Shown here: piece by piece, positions 1 through 9,976 of the stretch
How positions within the stretch are numbered: the first letter of the stretch is position 1
How the letters are laid out: every line of letters begins with the position of its first letter
Source: a virus
Taxonomy: Duplodnaviria > Caudoviricetes
Length of the DNA stretch: 64,000 bases
Reading direction: 5' to 3' (one strand)
Virus record (IMG/VR): IMGVR_UViG_3300024229_000651
Made by a program: the position numbers and the translations under genes
Notes under the pieces: model-generated
What the model was told of the DNA's origin: nothing
What the model saw: the letters and a program-made list of their open reading frames with translations, nothing else
Database searches by the model: none

Positions 1-2
1 TT

Positions 3-410
3 ATAAATAATGCATATGTACCAGATAACCAAGTTCGGTTGCTGTATTTGCTTTATGAACAGTGGGAACACAAGCCTAGACTTGTAGTTAACTGTGGTGC
101 AACGAGCAGCGATAGTATAACAAACTTTAGTCAAATGGGTTACAATGAAAATTGGACACCATACGTAAGTGATAAGGCAAGATTAGATTGGGCCAGTTTG
201 CAACTAGCGAATATGTTCAAACAGGGAAAGTGTAGAGTCAGTCTAATAAAGCCTGGGTTTGTTGACACTGATAGCACAGCAGTGTTCAAAGACTTTGCTG
301 AGGATTACATGATGACAGCTGACAGCGTAGCTGAACAGCTTGAATGGTTGATTGATCTTCCTAAACATGTACAAGTAAGAAATTTAAGTTTTGATGTGGG
401 AAATTTTTAA
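3..410 (+). CDS. Short-chain dehydrogenase/reductase (SDR), 5'-truncated by window edge
   Basis: The frame of ORF 39..410 stays open to position 3 (INNAYVPD..., SDR NNAG-like motif). It also has LIKPGFVDT (SDR xPGxxxT motif). Confidence 0.7.
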   Translation: MNNAYVPDNQVRLLYLLYEQWEHKPRLVVNCGATSSDSITNFSQMGYNENWTPYVSDKARLDWASLQLANMFKQGKCRVSLIKPGFVDTDSTAVFKDFAEDYMMTADSVAEQLEWLIDLPKHVQVRNLSFDVGNF

Positions 411-2089
411 TGGTTAGAAAAGTAGACGAAAGTCATAGAGAATTTAAAGCAAGAATGATCGACCCTGTGTCGGAATCGTTCTGTGGCGCTAAATGGTACA
501 ATGCTACTATATGGTTAGGACACGGCGGAACTACAAGTTGCCATCACCCACCGGCGCATCAAATTGATTTAGAAGACATCAAAGAAAATCCTAGTGCTAT
601 TCATAACAGTAGACACAAAAAGAAAATGCGTCAAATGATGCAGGAAGGTACTAGGCCTAAAGAATGTGAGTACTGTTGGAAGATAGAAGACATGGGCCAA
701 GACGCAGATGGCAACGAGCCTGTGTCTGATAGAGTATATAAAACAGTTATATATGAGGATAGGGATTTAGAGCATATTGCAGTATTAGATCCTAATGCTG
801 ATGTTAATCTAAAGACATGCGAAGTAGCATTTGACCGAACATGCCAGTTAGCATGTAGTTACTGTAATCCAGCATTTAGCAGCACATGGGTTAAGGATAT
901 CAGAACTAATGGCGGCTACCAAGGCATTAAGAGTGATGCTAGAGGACACTTCATAGACGATGCACCATATGCAGAGCCTTTTGATCAAGGAGAGGACAAT
1001 CCTTATGTGGATGCATTTTGGCGTTGGTGGCCCGAACTAAGCAAAGAGCTAGAAGAGATCAGAGTTACTGGTGGCGAGCCATTGATGACTCCTAGCATAT
1101 ACAAACTGTTCGACTGGTTCAAGGAAACAGATGAGCCGAATGCAGAGAACATGCGATTAGCTATTAATAGTAACTTAATGGCTAAGCCGGGGTTGTTGGA
1201 TAAGTTTATCGATGCGACTCAACACATAAATCATTTCCATGTATACACAAGTTGCGAGGCGTTCGGAGCTCAAGCTGAGTATATTAGGGATGGATTAGAT
1301 TGGGAAATATGGACTAGCCAATTCGAGCGTTTTGCTACAGAAGCAAGATACGAAGGTGTACACATGATGATGACTATCAATGCATTATGCTTAGATACTA
1401 TAACACAATTTTTAGATTGGACATTAAGTATGAAGCGTAAATACGGACATCATGTGCCCGGTATTAGTGTAAATATTTTACGTTTTCCCAGCTTCCAAAG
1501 CCCACTTACACTGCCAGACGACTTGCGTAAAATGTATCATGACGAACTTAGTGAATGGCTAGACGAAGTACGCAGTAAAGGTGAAAGAGACATGCATGGT
1601 GTAGAATTGCTCCAGGCATGGGAACAAGATCAAATTAGCAGATTAATAGAATACTTAGACGTTGTAAAAACTCCTCACAGAAATACAGCAGAGCAACACT
1701 TACTGCATCATGACTTCAAGGTGTTTTATGAACAGTACGACTCTCGACGTGGATTTGATTTTAGAAAAACATTCCCTAGATTAGCAAACTGGTACGACGG
1801 TGTCACTGTGTTAGACATAAGCGATGACCATGACATACAGGCTCCTGATAGCGTAGGCGTAACCAATACAATGTACGCTAAACGTATTGTAACAGAAGAC
1901 GGCGAAGTCAAAGTTGTAGAAATGAAAGTGCGTGGAAGACAAACTGGCGAGAGCCAAGATGACTACGACGATGACAAGTATGCTGATGAGATACAAGGAG
2001 TTAATCCTAATATTAAAAAACGGGCAGGTAGTAGCATCGGCTGGGATCCTGAGACTGACGGTCTCGGTGGAGTAGCTGTTGACGAATAA
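410..2089 (+). CDS. Radical SAM protein with N-terminal twitch-type Cys cluster (rSAM-1) and acidic C-terminal tail
   Basis: CQLACSYC (CxxxCxxC), VTGGEPL, N-terminal FCGAKW...SCHH...CEYCW. Confidence 0.9.
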   Translation: MVRKVDESHREFKARMIDPVSESFCGAKWYNATIWLGHGGTTSCHHPPAHQIDLEDIKENPSAIHNSRHKKKMRQMMQEGTRPKECEYCWKIEDMGQDADGNEPVSDRVYKTVIYEDRDLEHIAVLDPNADVNLKTCEVAFDRTCQLACSYCNPAFSSTWVKDIRTNGGYQGIKSDARGHFIDDAPYAEPFDQGEDNPYVDAFWRWWPELSKELEEIRVTGGEPLMTPSIYKLFDWFKETDEPNAENMRLAINSNLMAKPGLLDKFIDATQHINHFHVYTSCEAFGAQAEYIRDGLDWEIWTSQFERFATEARYEGVHMMMTINALCLDTITQFLDWTLSMKRKYGHHVPGISVNILRFPSFQSPLTLPDDLRKMYHDELSEWLDEVRSKGERDMHGVELLQAWEQDQISRLIEYLDVVKTPHRNTAEQHLLHHDFKVFYEQYDSRRGFDFRKTFPRLANWYDGVTVLDISDDHDIQAPDSVGVTNTMYAKRIVTEDGEVKVVEMKVRGRQTGESQDDYDDDKYADEIQGVNPNIKKRAGSSIGWDPETDGLGGVAVDE

Positions 2090-3039
2090 TGTACTATCAT
2101 ATATATTTGAGTGATCGACAAACTGGTTCCGTTGATCATAACGGAACTAATACTATACTAGGGAATGATACTAAGACAAGCAATGTAAAACTGACATGGA
2201 AGCTCTTAGAAAACGATACTGCAAAAGATTTTGCTAACATAACAAAATTAGTGTCTAATTCTACATCTAGAGTATTAGATTGGAATCATTATCATACAGG
2301 CGGCAGTCAGACTTTACCTACATTAGTAGATCAGCTCAATATTGATATAGATTCTTATCCGTTGCATGAAGATTTTAAAATTAATTTATTGTCTAGCAAA
2401 GAAGACCTGTACGATAAAACAAATAAAATTCATTATGCATTTGAAAAACTATTAGTAGAATCCGACCCCACCGCTCTCCAAAAAGAAATTTTAGAAAGAT
2501 TAAACAAGTTAGTGCACGAAATAGAGCATAATATAAGTAACTATTTCGACAATACATCTGACGATGAGCATTTTATTGTGTGTCGACACACATGTGATCA
2601 ATCGTCGACAATGTATAAAAAATTAACTGACGACGATTATAATAGATTTAAATTTCAAAATGAAACAGGAGACTTGTTCCTAGATTTTTTCACAGTGGGC
2701 AAAGATTTGGGGCATGCATTTATGTCCAACGATTTAGATCTAGTCAAAAATAAAGAAATTAAACAGCAAGAGTATATCACCGCAAGTGTGCAAATAAGCG
2801 TACTCAACGAAGATAGCCTTGGTACATACAACCCTGAAATAGAAAATCAACAACAACTTCTCTTTGAAGACTGGTGTACTAAAAATAATGTAGAGTCTTA
2901 CGGGTATAACTATAAAGAACCTAAATATAATTTAGGACGATGTCAGTTGGGCAGTCTTGTAAACGAAACTTATGATAGTTTTAGAAGCAAGCTGCATAGG
3001 TACCCTTATATAACTAATGTCGAACTGACTGAAACATAA
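2089..3039 (+). CDS. Hypothetical protein, paralog of 37560..38597
   Basis: Shares DHxGTNT, DLFxDxFTVGKD and YGYxxxEPxxxLGR motifs with 37560..38597. Overlaps the rSAM-1 stop (TAATG). Confidence 0.75.
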   Translation: MYYHIYLSDRQTGSVDHNGTNTILGNDTKTSNVKLTWKLLENDTAKDFANITKLVSNSTSRVLDWNHYHTGGSQTLPTLVDQLNIDIDSYPLHEDFKINLLSSKEDLYDKTNKIHYAFEKLLVESDPTALQKEILERLNKLVHEIEHNISNYFDNTSDDEHFIVCRHTCDQSSTMYKKLTDDDYNRFKFQNETGDLFLDFFTVGKDLGHAFMSNDLDLVKNKEIKQQEYITASVQISVLNEDSLGTYNPEIENQQQLLFEDWCTKNNVESYGYNYKEPKYNLGRCQLGSLVNETYDSFRSKLHRYPYITNVELTET

Positions 3040-3042
3040 ATA
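3035..3042 (+). promoter_or_regulatory. T4-late-like promoter (CATAAATA)
   Basis: Spans the upstream stop and the start of the gap, 28 nt before rSAM-2. Same ATAAATA core as the other sites. Confidence 0.5.
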
Positions 3043-3069
3043 ATTTATAAAGCGCATTACGGAGAAACA

Positions 3070-4476
3070 ATGTCTAACAAAATAAAACCTATATGGGAGC
3101 ATGGTGCAGTCAGTGTAGACTCACCGAATAAAGTTTTTTGTACAGCGCCTTGGACACATACTTATATAAGTCCACAAAGCGAAAGGCGCATGTGCTGCGC
3201 TAGTAGGGAAGAACACCAATTCCAAAAGCAATATATTGATGCTAGTAATGACGAGCGAACAGGTAAATTCAAAGAGTCAGGCACAATTGACGATTATAAA
3301 CCAGTTAGTTTAAAAGAACACTGGAATAGTCCTTACATGATGGATATACGAAAGAAACTAATGGCCGGCGAAGCTATACCCCAGTGTGATGTTTGCAACA
3401 ATAGCGTACTGAGTCAAAGCACATATAGACAATGGTTTACTGGATTTCTATTTCAAAATAAAATAGATCAGTGTTTCGACGAAACAAATGATGACGGATA
3501 TACAACTATGGACCCTATCAGTTTTGATTATAGGGTTAGCAATCTGTGTAACTTTAAGTGTCGTATGTGCGGCGAACAACTTAGTTCAGCGTGGGAAACA
3601 GAGAAGAGACAAAATGATCATTGGACTCCTGAGAGCCAGCCTTTCATGGTTCCAGAGAATAAAGAAATAATACAGAAGTTTCAAAAGGATGTAGTAGAGG
3701 AAGAATTTTGGGAAGCGATTAAGTCGGGCACTGTAGAAGAAATATACTGGGTCGGCGGCGAGCCATTGATGTACGATATACATTGGAAAAGCATGGCTAG
3801 GCTCGCTGAAGATGACACATTAAAACTTGTACATTTACGTTATAACAGTAATTTAAGCAGAGTAAGATTTGGTAAACATTATCTGTACGATTGGTTGCCA
3901 CAAGCAAAAGACTGGACTATGTGTGCAAGTATAGACGCTATCGGCAAGATAGGAGAACATATACGCACAGGACTAGACTGGGAGCAATGGGATAAAAACT
4001 TTAGAGAAGGGGTAGCACTACCCGGTGGCAACAACAAGATGCTATTAGACTTAACACTAACCGGTCCCGGATTATTTGGACTTCGAGACTACGTTAATTA
4101 CGCACTAGAGCTTGACGTTAAGATAGAAACTAAAAAAATGTTTGCATTCCATCCGGATATTGTGTTCAGCATGATGTCCTGGCCAAAACATATATTACAT
4201 AGGATAGTTAACAAGTTACTAGATGACTTGCGTCCTATTGTAACAGAAAAACAACAGACTGTGATACGAGAACTAGAAAGTATGCTACAGATGGAAACGT
4301 TTCAAGAGTCTTTCCCAGATATAGCAGAACAGCAATTCTTTAATGGCAGACAGTGGCAACGCACTATAGCAGGTATCAGAAATGACGGCGAGCAAGGCGA
4401 AGCAATAACTGTAGAAGAAATATACTCTGCTGATAAGGAGTTATACGAATGGTATACCAGGGAGGAACATTCGTGA
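3070..4476 (+). CDS. N-twitch radical SAM protein (rSAM-2)
   Basis: CNFKCRMC, VGGEPL, N-terminal FCTAPW...MCC...CDVC, SD GGAGA. Confidence 0.9.
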   Translation: MSNKIKPIWEHGAVSVDSPNKVFCTAPWTHTYISPQSERRMCCASREEHQFQKQYIDASNDERTGKFKESGTIDDYKPVSLKEHWNSPYMMDIRKKLMAGEAIPQCDVCNNSVLSQSTYRQWFTGFLFQNKIDQCFDETNDDGYTTMDPISFDYRVSNLCNFKCRMCGEQLSSAWETEKRQNDHWTPESQPFMVPENKEIIQKFQKDVVEEEFWEAIKSGTVEEIYWVGGEPLMYDIHWKSMARLAEDDTLKLVHLRYNSNLSRVRFGKHYLYDWLPQAKDWTMCASIDAIGKIGEHIRTGLDWEQWDKNFREGVALPGGNNKMLLDLTLTGPGLFGLRDYVNYALELDVKIETKKMFAFHPDIVFSMMSWPKHILHRIVNKLLDDLRPIVTEKQQTVIRELESMLQMETFQESFPDIAEQQFFNGRQWQRTIAGIRNDGEQGEAITVEEIYSADKELYEWYTREEHS

Positions 4477-5786
4477 ATGTAACAGCTCCTGACGGTTCCC
4501 ACTCACACTATCCGGTACACAGCCTCCCAGACCAATTTCTGTATAAGGCATCACAGACCGGGCATGTTGCTGTAGAACTACGTACAGAAACAAATGTAGA
4601 TCAATTTGTTTTAGTGCCCCACACAGGATTATTGAGAGCTATGTTAAACACATTCTCGGAAACTCCCCTGGTTCTCTCTTACAACAACTTTGAAGACATG
4701 GAAGAAGCCCTTGATAATCTACTTGATAATCCTCTCTGGGAGAACACAACTAAGATTAGAATAGTATTTGGATTGCCTGTTGTGTCCAGTGGGGATAACA
4801 ATCATTCAACGTTGAAATTAATTGTTAATAACATGATAACTTCTAGACATAAAAGCATATTACAGATAGGCTTTGTACAGGGTTGGGATATGTATAACAA
4901 TGATGTCAACTTTGCAAATGCTTACAAAGACACATTGGCTGAATTGTCTCCGGACGATTGTTACTTTTATTTGTGCAATACAGAATCATTACAGCAATTT
5001 CAAAAAGCAATACCAAGGAGCCACTGTGAATACTATTCTATATATCCTAGTAGAATAAACATTCTGCAAGTAGCGGAAACCCACCCTAAGTTCTTTAATC
5101 AGAGTAATAGAAATATTAACAAACGCAGAACAAGAAAAACTATGTGTTTGAATAATTCAAATAAGAGCCACAGAGAGAAAATTGTAAACATATTAAATGA
5201 TTACAACACAAACGATCATTACGTAACAATGCGGGAGAAACAACTATATCTGAAACCAGAAAGGATTCTAGGTGCACAGCCAGGAGGGGTTCACAGTCAT
5301 AATTTCTTAGCTCTCCAACAGGATTGTCCGCCATTAAGGTATATGGTCGATACATATACATATATTGCTACAGAAACATATAATGACAAAGAGCAAATAT
5401 CAGGATTAGCATGGCAAATAGGAGAAGCAGCAGGACAGCATTGGGAAGAATTGTTGACAGTAGCCGACTTCAGTGGCTGGTGGACTGAAAAAACATTTAA
5501 AGCAATATATTATGAATTACCGTTTATGGTTGTAGGAGTGCCTGACACTCTAAAAGGATTAAAATCCTTGGGGTTCGAGACCTTTCCTGAATTATTTGAT
5601 GAACGTTACGATAGTCCGAATACTATAGAAGTCAGGGATGGTATATACGAACGTAATATAGAAAAGATTATGTCCATGAGCCACAGTGAATTACACGACA
5701 TGTATTATAGCGATGCTATACAAGAAAAACTTAAACACAATAAACAACTATTTTATGGCTTGATTGAAAACGACCCGTTCAACTAA
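4473..5786 (+). CDS. Uncharacterised phage protein (TET-TEK-PF-GFxTF family), possibly glycosyltransferase-related
   Basis: C-terminal IATETY...WTEKTFKAIYYELPFMVVG...GFETFPELFDERYD is shared with 5802..7127 and 57154..58188. GTG start chosen from the GTGA overlap; the ORF track starts at 4449. Confidence 0.65.
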   Translation: MNVTAPDGSHSHYPVHSLPDQFLYKASQTGHVAVELRTETNVDQFVLVPHTGLLRAMLNTFSETPLVLSYNNFEDMEEALDNLLDNPLWENTTKIRIVFGLPVVSSGDNNHSTLKLIVNNMITSRHKSILQIGFVQGWDMYNNDVNFANAYKDTLAELSPDDCYFYLCNTESLQQFQKAIPRSHCEYYSIYPSRINILQVAETHPKFFNQSNRNINKRRTRKTMCLNNSNKSHREKIVNILNDYNTNDHYVTMREKQLYLKPERILGAQPGGVHSHNFLALQQDCPPLRYMVDTYTYIATETYNDKEQISGLAWQIGEAAGQHWEELLTVADFSGWWTEKTFKAIYYELPFMVVGVPDTLKGLKSLGFETFPELFDERYDSPNTIEVRDGIYERNIEKIMSMSHSELHDMYYSDAIQEKLKHNKQLFYGLIENDPFN

Positions 5787-5801
5787 AATAGAGATATCTA
5801 T

Positions 5802-7127
5802 ATGGAACAAACTCGCCTAATAATATTACATGATGACTCCAATAACTTCTCTGTGCATTCACGTGAAAGTAATTCTAGTCTTTTGTTGCGCAACGATGAT
5901 CACCTTTACGTAAGAAATATAGGACACTCTGGGTATAAATTTTCCTTTAATATTATATCAGTAAACGATATTGACTCGTTAAAAAAAATAATGATTAATA
6001 ATACGACTGTTGAAAACACACCTTTTTATATTAATTACATAATGGATTTAGGATTTCGTACATTTCCCGAATTTGACTGCGGTAGTGATGACTTGCTTAA
6101 CCTCACCGAACAACTAAAAGATACTCCTGGTTTCGAACGTTTAAAATGGAGATTCTCAAACAGTTGGGATATATACGGGCACAGAGAGCAACAAAGATCA
6201 CAGTGGTTCTTGAAACAAATAGTACATATATCACAGCAAAACATTATAATGGATCTTGCGAATTTTGACGTTGTAGACTTTTATAAAACGCTATTACCAA
6301 ATTCGCAAGTAAACTTTCATACATGCTTTGATGTTAGATGGCTGAGTGAAAATCTCAGCAGCGAGCCGTACATCAATAATAATGAAAATAAAACTAAACA
6401 TTTTCTCTGTTTGAACAGACTGTGGAAACCCCATCGAACAGACATATGGCACTACATAAATGAGCAGTCCTTAATGGATAAATTTCATTACAGCTATATA
6501 ACAGCAGGGATCTTTTTAGAAGAAGAGACAGAGAAACTATCTGCAGAAATTGATGCAGCCGGCTATTATCTCCCCATGTCTACTCAAGATACCCCGCCAC
6601 GTAATATAATTAATAACTGCTATGCATTTTTAAATACAGAAACATTTTTTTATAAGTATGACATAGACGCCCCTAAGTGGGGAGAAGGTGCTGTAGCAGG
6701 TATTGATCCTCCAGAAGGCTGGTTGTCTGATACTATGTTTGATCATGCTTATATAACGGAAAAATCATTTAAATCTGCTTATTGCGAATTGCCTATGTTA
6801 GTAGTAGGACTTCCTAATACACTAACAACATGGAAGCGTATGGGATTCGAGTCCTTTCCTGAATTTTTCGACGAGTCATATGATTCGGAGAATGACGACA
6901 ACAAACGTATGCAAATGGTACAGGATGAAATAGAAAAATTTTGTAATACAGACATAAAGGATATACACACACTATATTACTCGGATGCTGTACAACAAAA
7001 GTTGAAGCGAAATAAAAACAACTTGTATAGGATGATCAGAGAAAACCGCTCGTGGGAATGGGCAAAATTTAAATATTCGAAAGGCGTGAATCCACAAGTG
7101 GATGAAGTTTTCAATTCTGAATTTTGA
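5802..7127 (+). CDS. Uncharacterised phage protein, same family as 4473..5786
   Basis: FLCLNR...HR; LNTETF...ITEKSFKSAYCELPMLVVG...GFESFPEFFDESYD. Confidence 0.65.
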   Translation: MEQTRLIILHDDSNNFSVHSRESNSSLLLRNDDHLYVRNIGHSGYKFSFNIISVNDIDSLKKIMINNTTVENTPFYINYIMDLGFRTFPEFDCGSDDLLNLTEQLKDTPGFERLKWRFSNSWDIYGHREQQRSQWFLKQIVHISQQNIIMDLANFDVVDFYKTLLPNSQVNFHTCFDVRWLSENLSSEPYINNNENKTKHFLCLNRLWKPHRTDIWHYINEQSLMDKFHYSYITAGIFLEEETEKLSAEIDAAGYYLPMSTQDTPPRNIINNCYAFLNTETFFYKYDIDAPKWGEGAVAGIDPPEGWLSDTMFDHAYITEKSFKSAYCELPMLVVGLPNTLTTWKRMGFESFPEFFDESYDSENDDNKRMQMVQDEIEKFCNTDIKDIHTLYYSDAVQQKLKRNKNNLYRMIRENRSWEWAKFKYSKGVNPQVDEVFNSEF

Positions 7128-7146
7128 ATACAAGGAAAAATAGAAG

Positions 7147-7154
7147 GATAAATA
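7147..7154 (+). promoter_or_regulatory. T4-late-like promoter (GATAAATA)
   Basis: Intergenic, 44 nt upstream of the UDP-sugar dehydrogenase. Confidence 0.55.
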
Positions 7155-7197
7155 CAACGTAGATTACACTACAATACATACAAAAAATTAGGAGATA

Positions 7198-8490
7198 ATG
7201 ATGGCCTCAATCGGATTTATTGGCGTTGGTAAGTTAGGACAAGCCTGCGCTGAAATGGTCGCCGAGGTCCATGATGTTGTCGGGTATGATGTTAACCCAG
7301 TAGAGCCTGAAAACTTTACAATGGTTAATGAAATGGAAGATGCTGTAAAAGGACAAGACATTGTTTTTATTGCAGTACCTACTCCACATGACCCGCAGTA
7401 TGATGGAAAGGCACCTACCAGCCATTTACCAAATAAGGACTTTGATTATACAATAGTTAAAGACATTCTTAGTAAAGTAAATGCTGTCGCGACTCAAGAA
7501 CAATTAATAGTCCTTATATCAACAGTACTGCCTGGTACTGTAAGAAGAGAATTTGTTCCGTTAATAACAAATACGCGGTTTGTTTATAACCCCTATCTCA
7601 TTGCCATGGGCACTGTGAAGTGGGATATGGTAAACCCGGAAATGGTTATGATAGGAACAGAAGACGGAAGTGAAACTGGTGACGCTAAACAGTTACGTGA
7701 GTTTTACCAAACTATCATGCAAAATAATCCCAATTATATTATAGGTACATGGGATGAAGTCGAATGCATTAAAGTATTTTACAATACGTTTATTAGTGCC
7801 AAAGTCAGTCTAGTAAACATGATACAAGACGTTGCAGAAAAACAAGGTAACATAAACGCAGAAGTTGTTTGTGATGCGTTAGCTAATTCAGATAGACGCA
7901 TTATGGGACCTGGTTATATGAAGCCGGGTATGGGAGACGGAGGTGCTTGTCACCCACGTGATAACATTGCCTTACGTTGGATGGCTGAAGAACTTAACTT
8001 AGGTTATGACTTGTTTGATGCTGTAATGCTTAGTAGGGAAAAGCAAGCCGAGAATATGGCCAAACGATTGCTGGAGTTAGCCAGTGATCAACTGCCTATA
8101 ATTATTGTCGGTAAAGCATATAAACCGCTTGTCCCTTATGAAGCAGGATCGAGTAGTATGCTCGTTGGTCACTATATTGAAAATACCGATACAGCATTAT
8201 ATTACTACGACGAGCAGACAGGAGATATACCTCCGGCCGGTGTACTAGATTTGCCAGCTGTATATTTGTTAGCACATAATCCTAGTATTACATATGGTGA
8301 CCAATTAGACACAGTACCAAATTGGTATGGGGAACACACTACAACAGGCGAAGAGGCTAGTTTTATAACAACTGGTAACGGTTCTGAACTTAGTTTCGCT
8401 AAAGGCAGTGTTGTAGTAGACCCATGGCGTAAAACACCCGACCTTCCGGGGATACATGTTATACATTATGGTAATACCAGAGGCTGTTAA
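7198..8490 (+). CDS. ugd: UDP-glucose/GDP-mannose 6-dehydrogenase family
   Basis: GFIGVGKLG Rossmann motif, FIAVPTP, STVLPGT, IKVFYNTF, catalytic GGACHPRD. Confidence 0.9.
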   Translation: MMASIGFIGVGKLGQACAEMVAEVHDVVGYDVNPVEPENFTMVNEMEDAVKGQDIVFIAVPTPHDPQYDGKAPTSHLPNKDFDYTIVKDILSKVNAVATQEQLIVLISTVLPGTVRREFVPLITNTRFVYNPYLIAMGTVKWDMVNPEMVMIGTEDGSETGDAKQLREFYQTIMQNNPNYIIGTWDEVECIKVFYNTFISAKVSLVNMIQDVAEKQGNINAEVVCDALANSDRRIMGPGYMKPGMGDGGACHPRDNIALRWMAEELNLGYDLFDAVMLSREKQAENMAKRLLELASDQLPIIIVGKAYKPLVPYEAGSSSMLVGHYIENTDTALYYYDEQTGDIPPAGVLDLPAVYLLAHNPSITYGDQLDTVPNWYGEHTTTGEEASFITTGNGSELSFAKGSVVVDPWRKTPDLPGIHVIHYGNTRGC

Positions 8491-8492
8491 CT

Positions 8493-9197
8493 ATGGATAA
8501 AATCCATTCAGATAACTGGGCTAACTATGTGAAGTTTGTATCCAAATTAGTAGATCCTATAGACATGAACGGCAAAGTTTTGTTAGAGATCGCTCCTGGA
8601 GAATGCTCGTATTTCCGATTGTTTGCAGACAGCGGGCTTGCAAAATATATAGGTGTTGAACCTAATAACAGCTGGCTTCTGACTGCAAAGAAACGATTGG
8701 AATACGTTAATGCGGCCACGGAATACGAATTTGTTAATAGTACATACGAAGACTATAAACAAACGTGTCCTGTTGATATTATATACAGCAGTGGCCTAAT
8801 TTATCATCTTGCAAGCCCGTTACATTATTTGGAATACATAGCTAACTGTAATGCAGAGTATATAGTAATAGAGCACACGGGGAATATAGAAGAGGATTAT
8901 CCCCATGTGTTCGACGAGGCCGGCAACTTTAATAATGGGCACATAGGAACAGTGGTTGGCGAACGTGTTAATAATCCAGGCATGCGTTTAAGTGAAGCAC
9001 TAGACGATCCGAACCCAGACAATACTGCAATTGCTAGTAAAAAGGCTATCCCGTTAAATATGCATATTTCATGTCATATGATTGTATGGTGTATGGGGAA
9101 GTTGGGTTATAGGTTAGAAGCATATAGTAACATAGAGACAGGAGAGCGATCTAAAAGTGAAAACTGCGCTATGAGATTTAAACTGGAAAATATATGA
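8493..9197 (+). CDS. Class I SAM-dependent methyltransferase
   Basis: LLEIAPGEC motif I, YIGVEP, DIIYSSGLIYHL. Confidence 0.75.
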   Translation: MDKIHSDNWANYVKFVSKLVDPIDMNGKVLLEIAPGECSYFRLFADSGLAKYIGVEPNNSWLLTAKKRLEYVNAATEYEFVNSTYEDYKQTCPVDIIYSSGLIYHLASPLHYLEYIANCNAEYIVIEHTGNIEEDYPHVFDEAGNFNNGHIGTVVGERVNNPGMRLSEALDDPNPDNTAIASKKAIPLNMHISCHMIVWCMGKLGYRLEAYSNIETGERSKSENCAMRFKLENI

Positions 9198-9976
9198 ATA
9201 TAGATCAGCAAATATTAGATTATATAAACGCTACTTGGGGTGGCGATGAAAAAATGCGAGAGCTAAATGATCAGTATCGCTATACACCTCCTTACCCTAC
9301 ATTAGCACTTAATGATTTTGTACCCAAAGACGTGTCTCAAAAACTGTATGAAGAAAGTATGACTATTCCTGATGAAGACTGGACTACGTTTACTAGAGCT
9401 AACAGTTACATGGAAGAGTGTAAAACATTACGTAATGCGCCAGTAGCTAGGCAACTAGTTAGTGCTTTACACAGCGAGGAGTTTTTACTTTGGTTAAGAA
9501 AGGTATGTGATGTTCCGCATTTACTACCCGATCCTTATTTAACTGGAGCTGGGTATATGAAAAGTTATAAAGGCGACTCTTTAAAAATACACTCAGACTT
9601 TAACTGGAACGAGGAGTGCCAAACACACAGAGCATTAAGTTTAATACTTTATTTTACACCAGAATGGGATGAAAGCTGGCACGGTGATTTACAATTTTGG
9701 GATTTTGAAAAGAAAGGAAAAATTGTTAGTTATCCACCTAAGATGGGAAATGCAGTAATATGGAAATATCACAAACGTGGCTTCCATGGACACCCTAACC
9801 CAATTGAATGCCCCGAAGACAAATTTAGAGTAGGATTTAGAGTATTTTATTATATAGCAGATAGTAAGCATGACTGGCGTGATCCTCCGCACAAAAGTTT
9901 ATATTGGTACGACAATGATAAGAATCAACCTTATCATATAGAAACAGAATACGGCCACGGCAAGGTAAAAAAATAA
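9194..9976 (+). CDS. 2OG-Fe(II) oxygenase (prolyl-4-hydroxylase-like)
   Basis: IHSDFN (HxD), FHGHP distal His, RVGFRVFYY. Confidence 0.85.
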   Translation: MNIDQQILDYINATWGGDEKMRELNDQYRYTPPYPTLALNDFVPKDVSQKLYEESMTIPDEDWTTFTRANSYMEECKTLRNAPVARQLVSALHSEEFLLWLRKVCDVPHLLPDPYLTGAGYMKSYKGDSLKIHSDFNWNEECQTHRALSLILYFTPEWDESWHGDLQFWDFEKKGKIVSYPPKMGNAVIWKYHKRGFHGHPNPIECPEDKFRVGFRVFYYIADSKHDWRDPPHKSLYWYDNDKNQPYHIETEYGHGKVKK

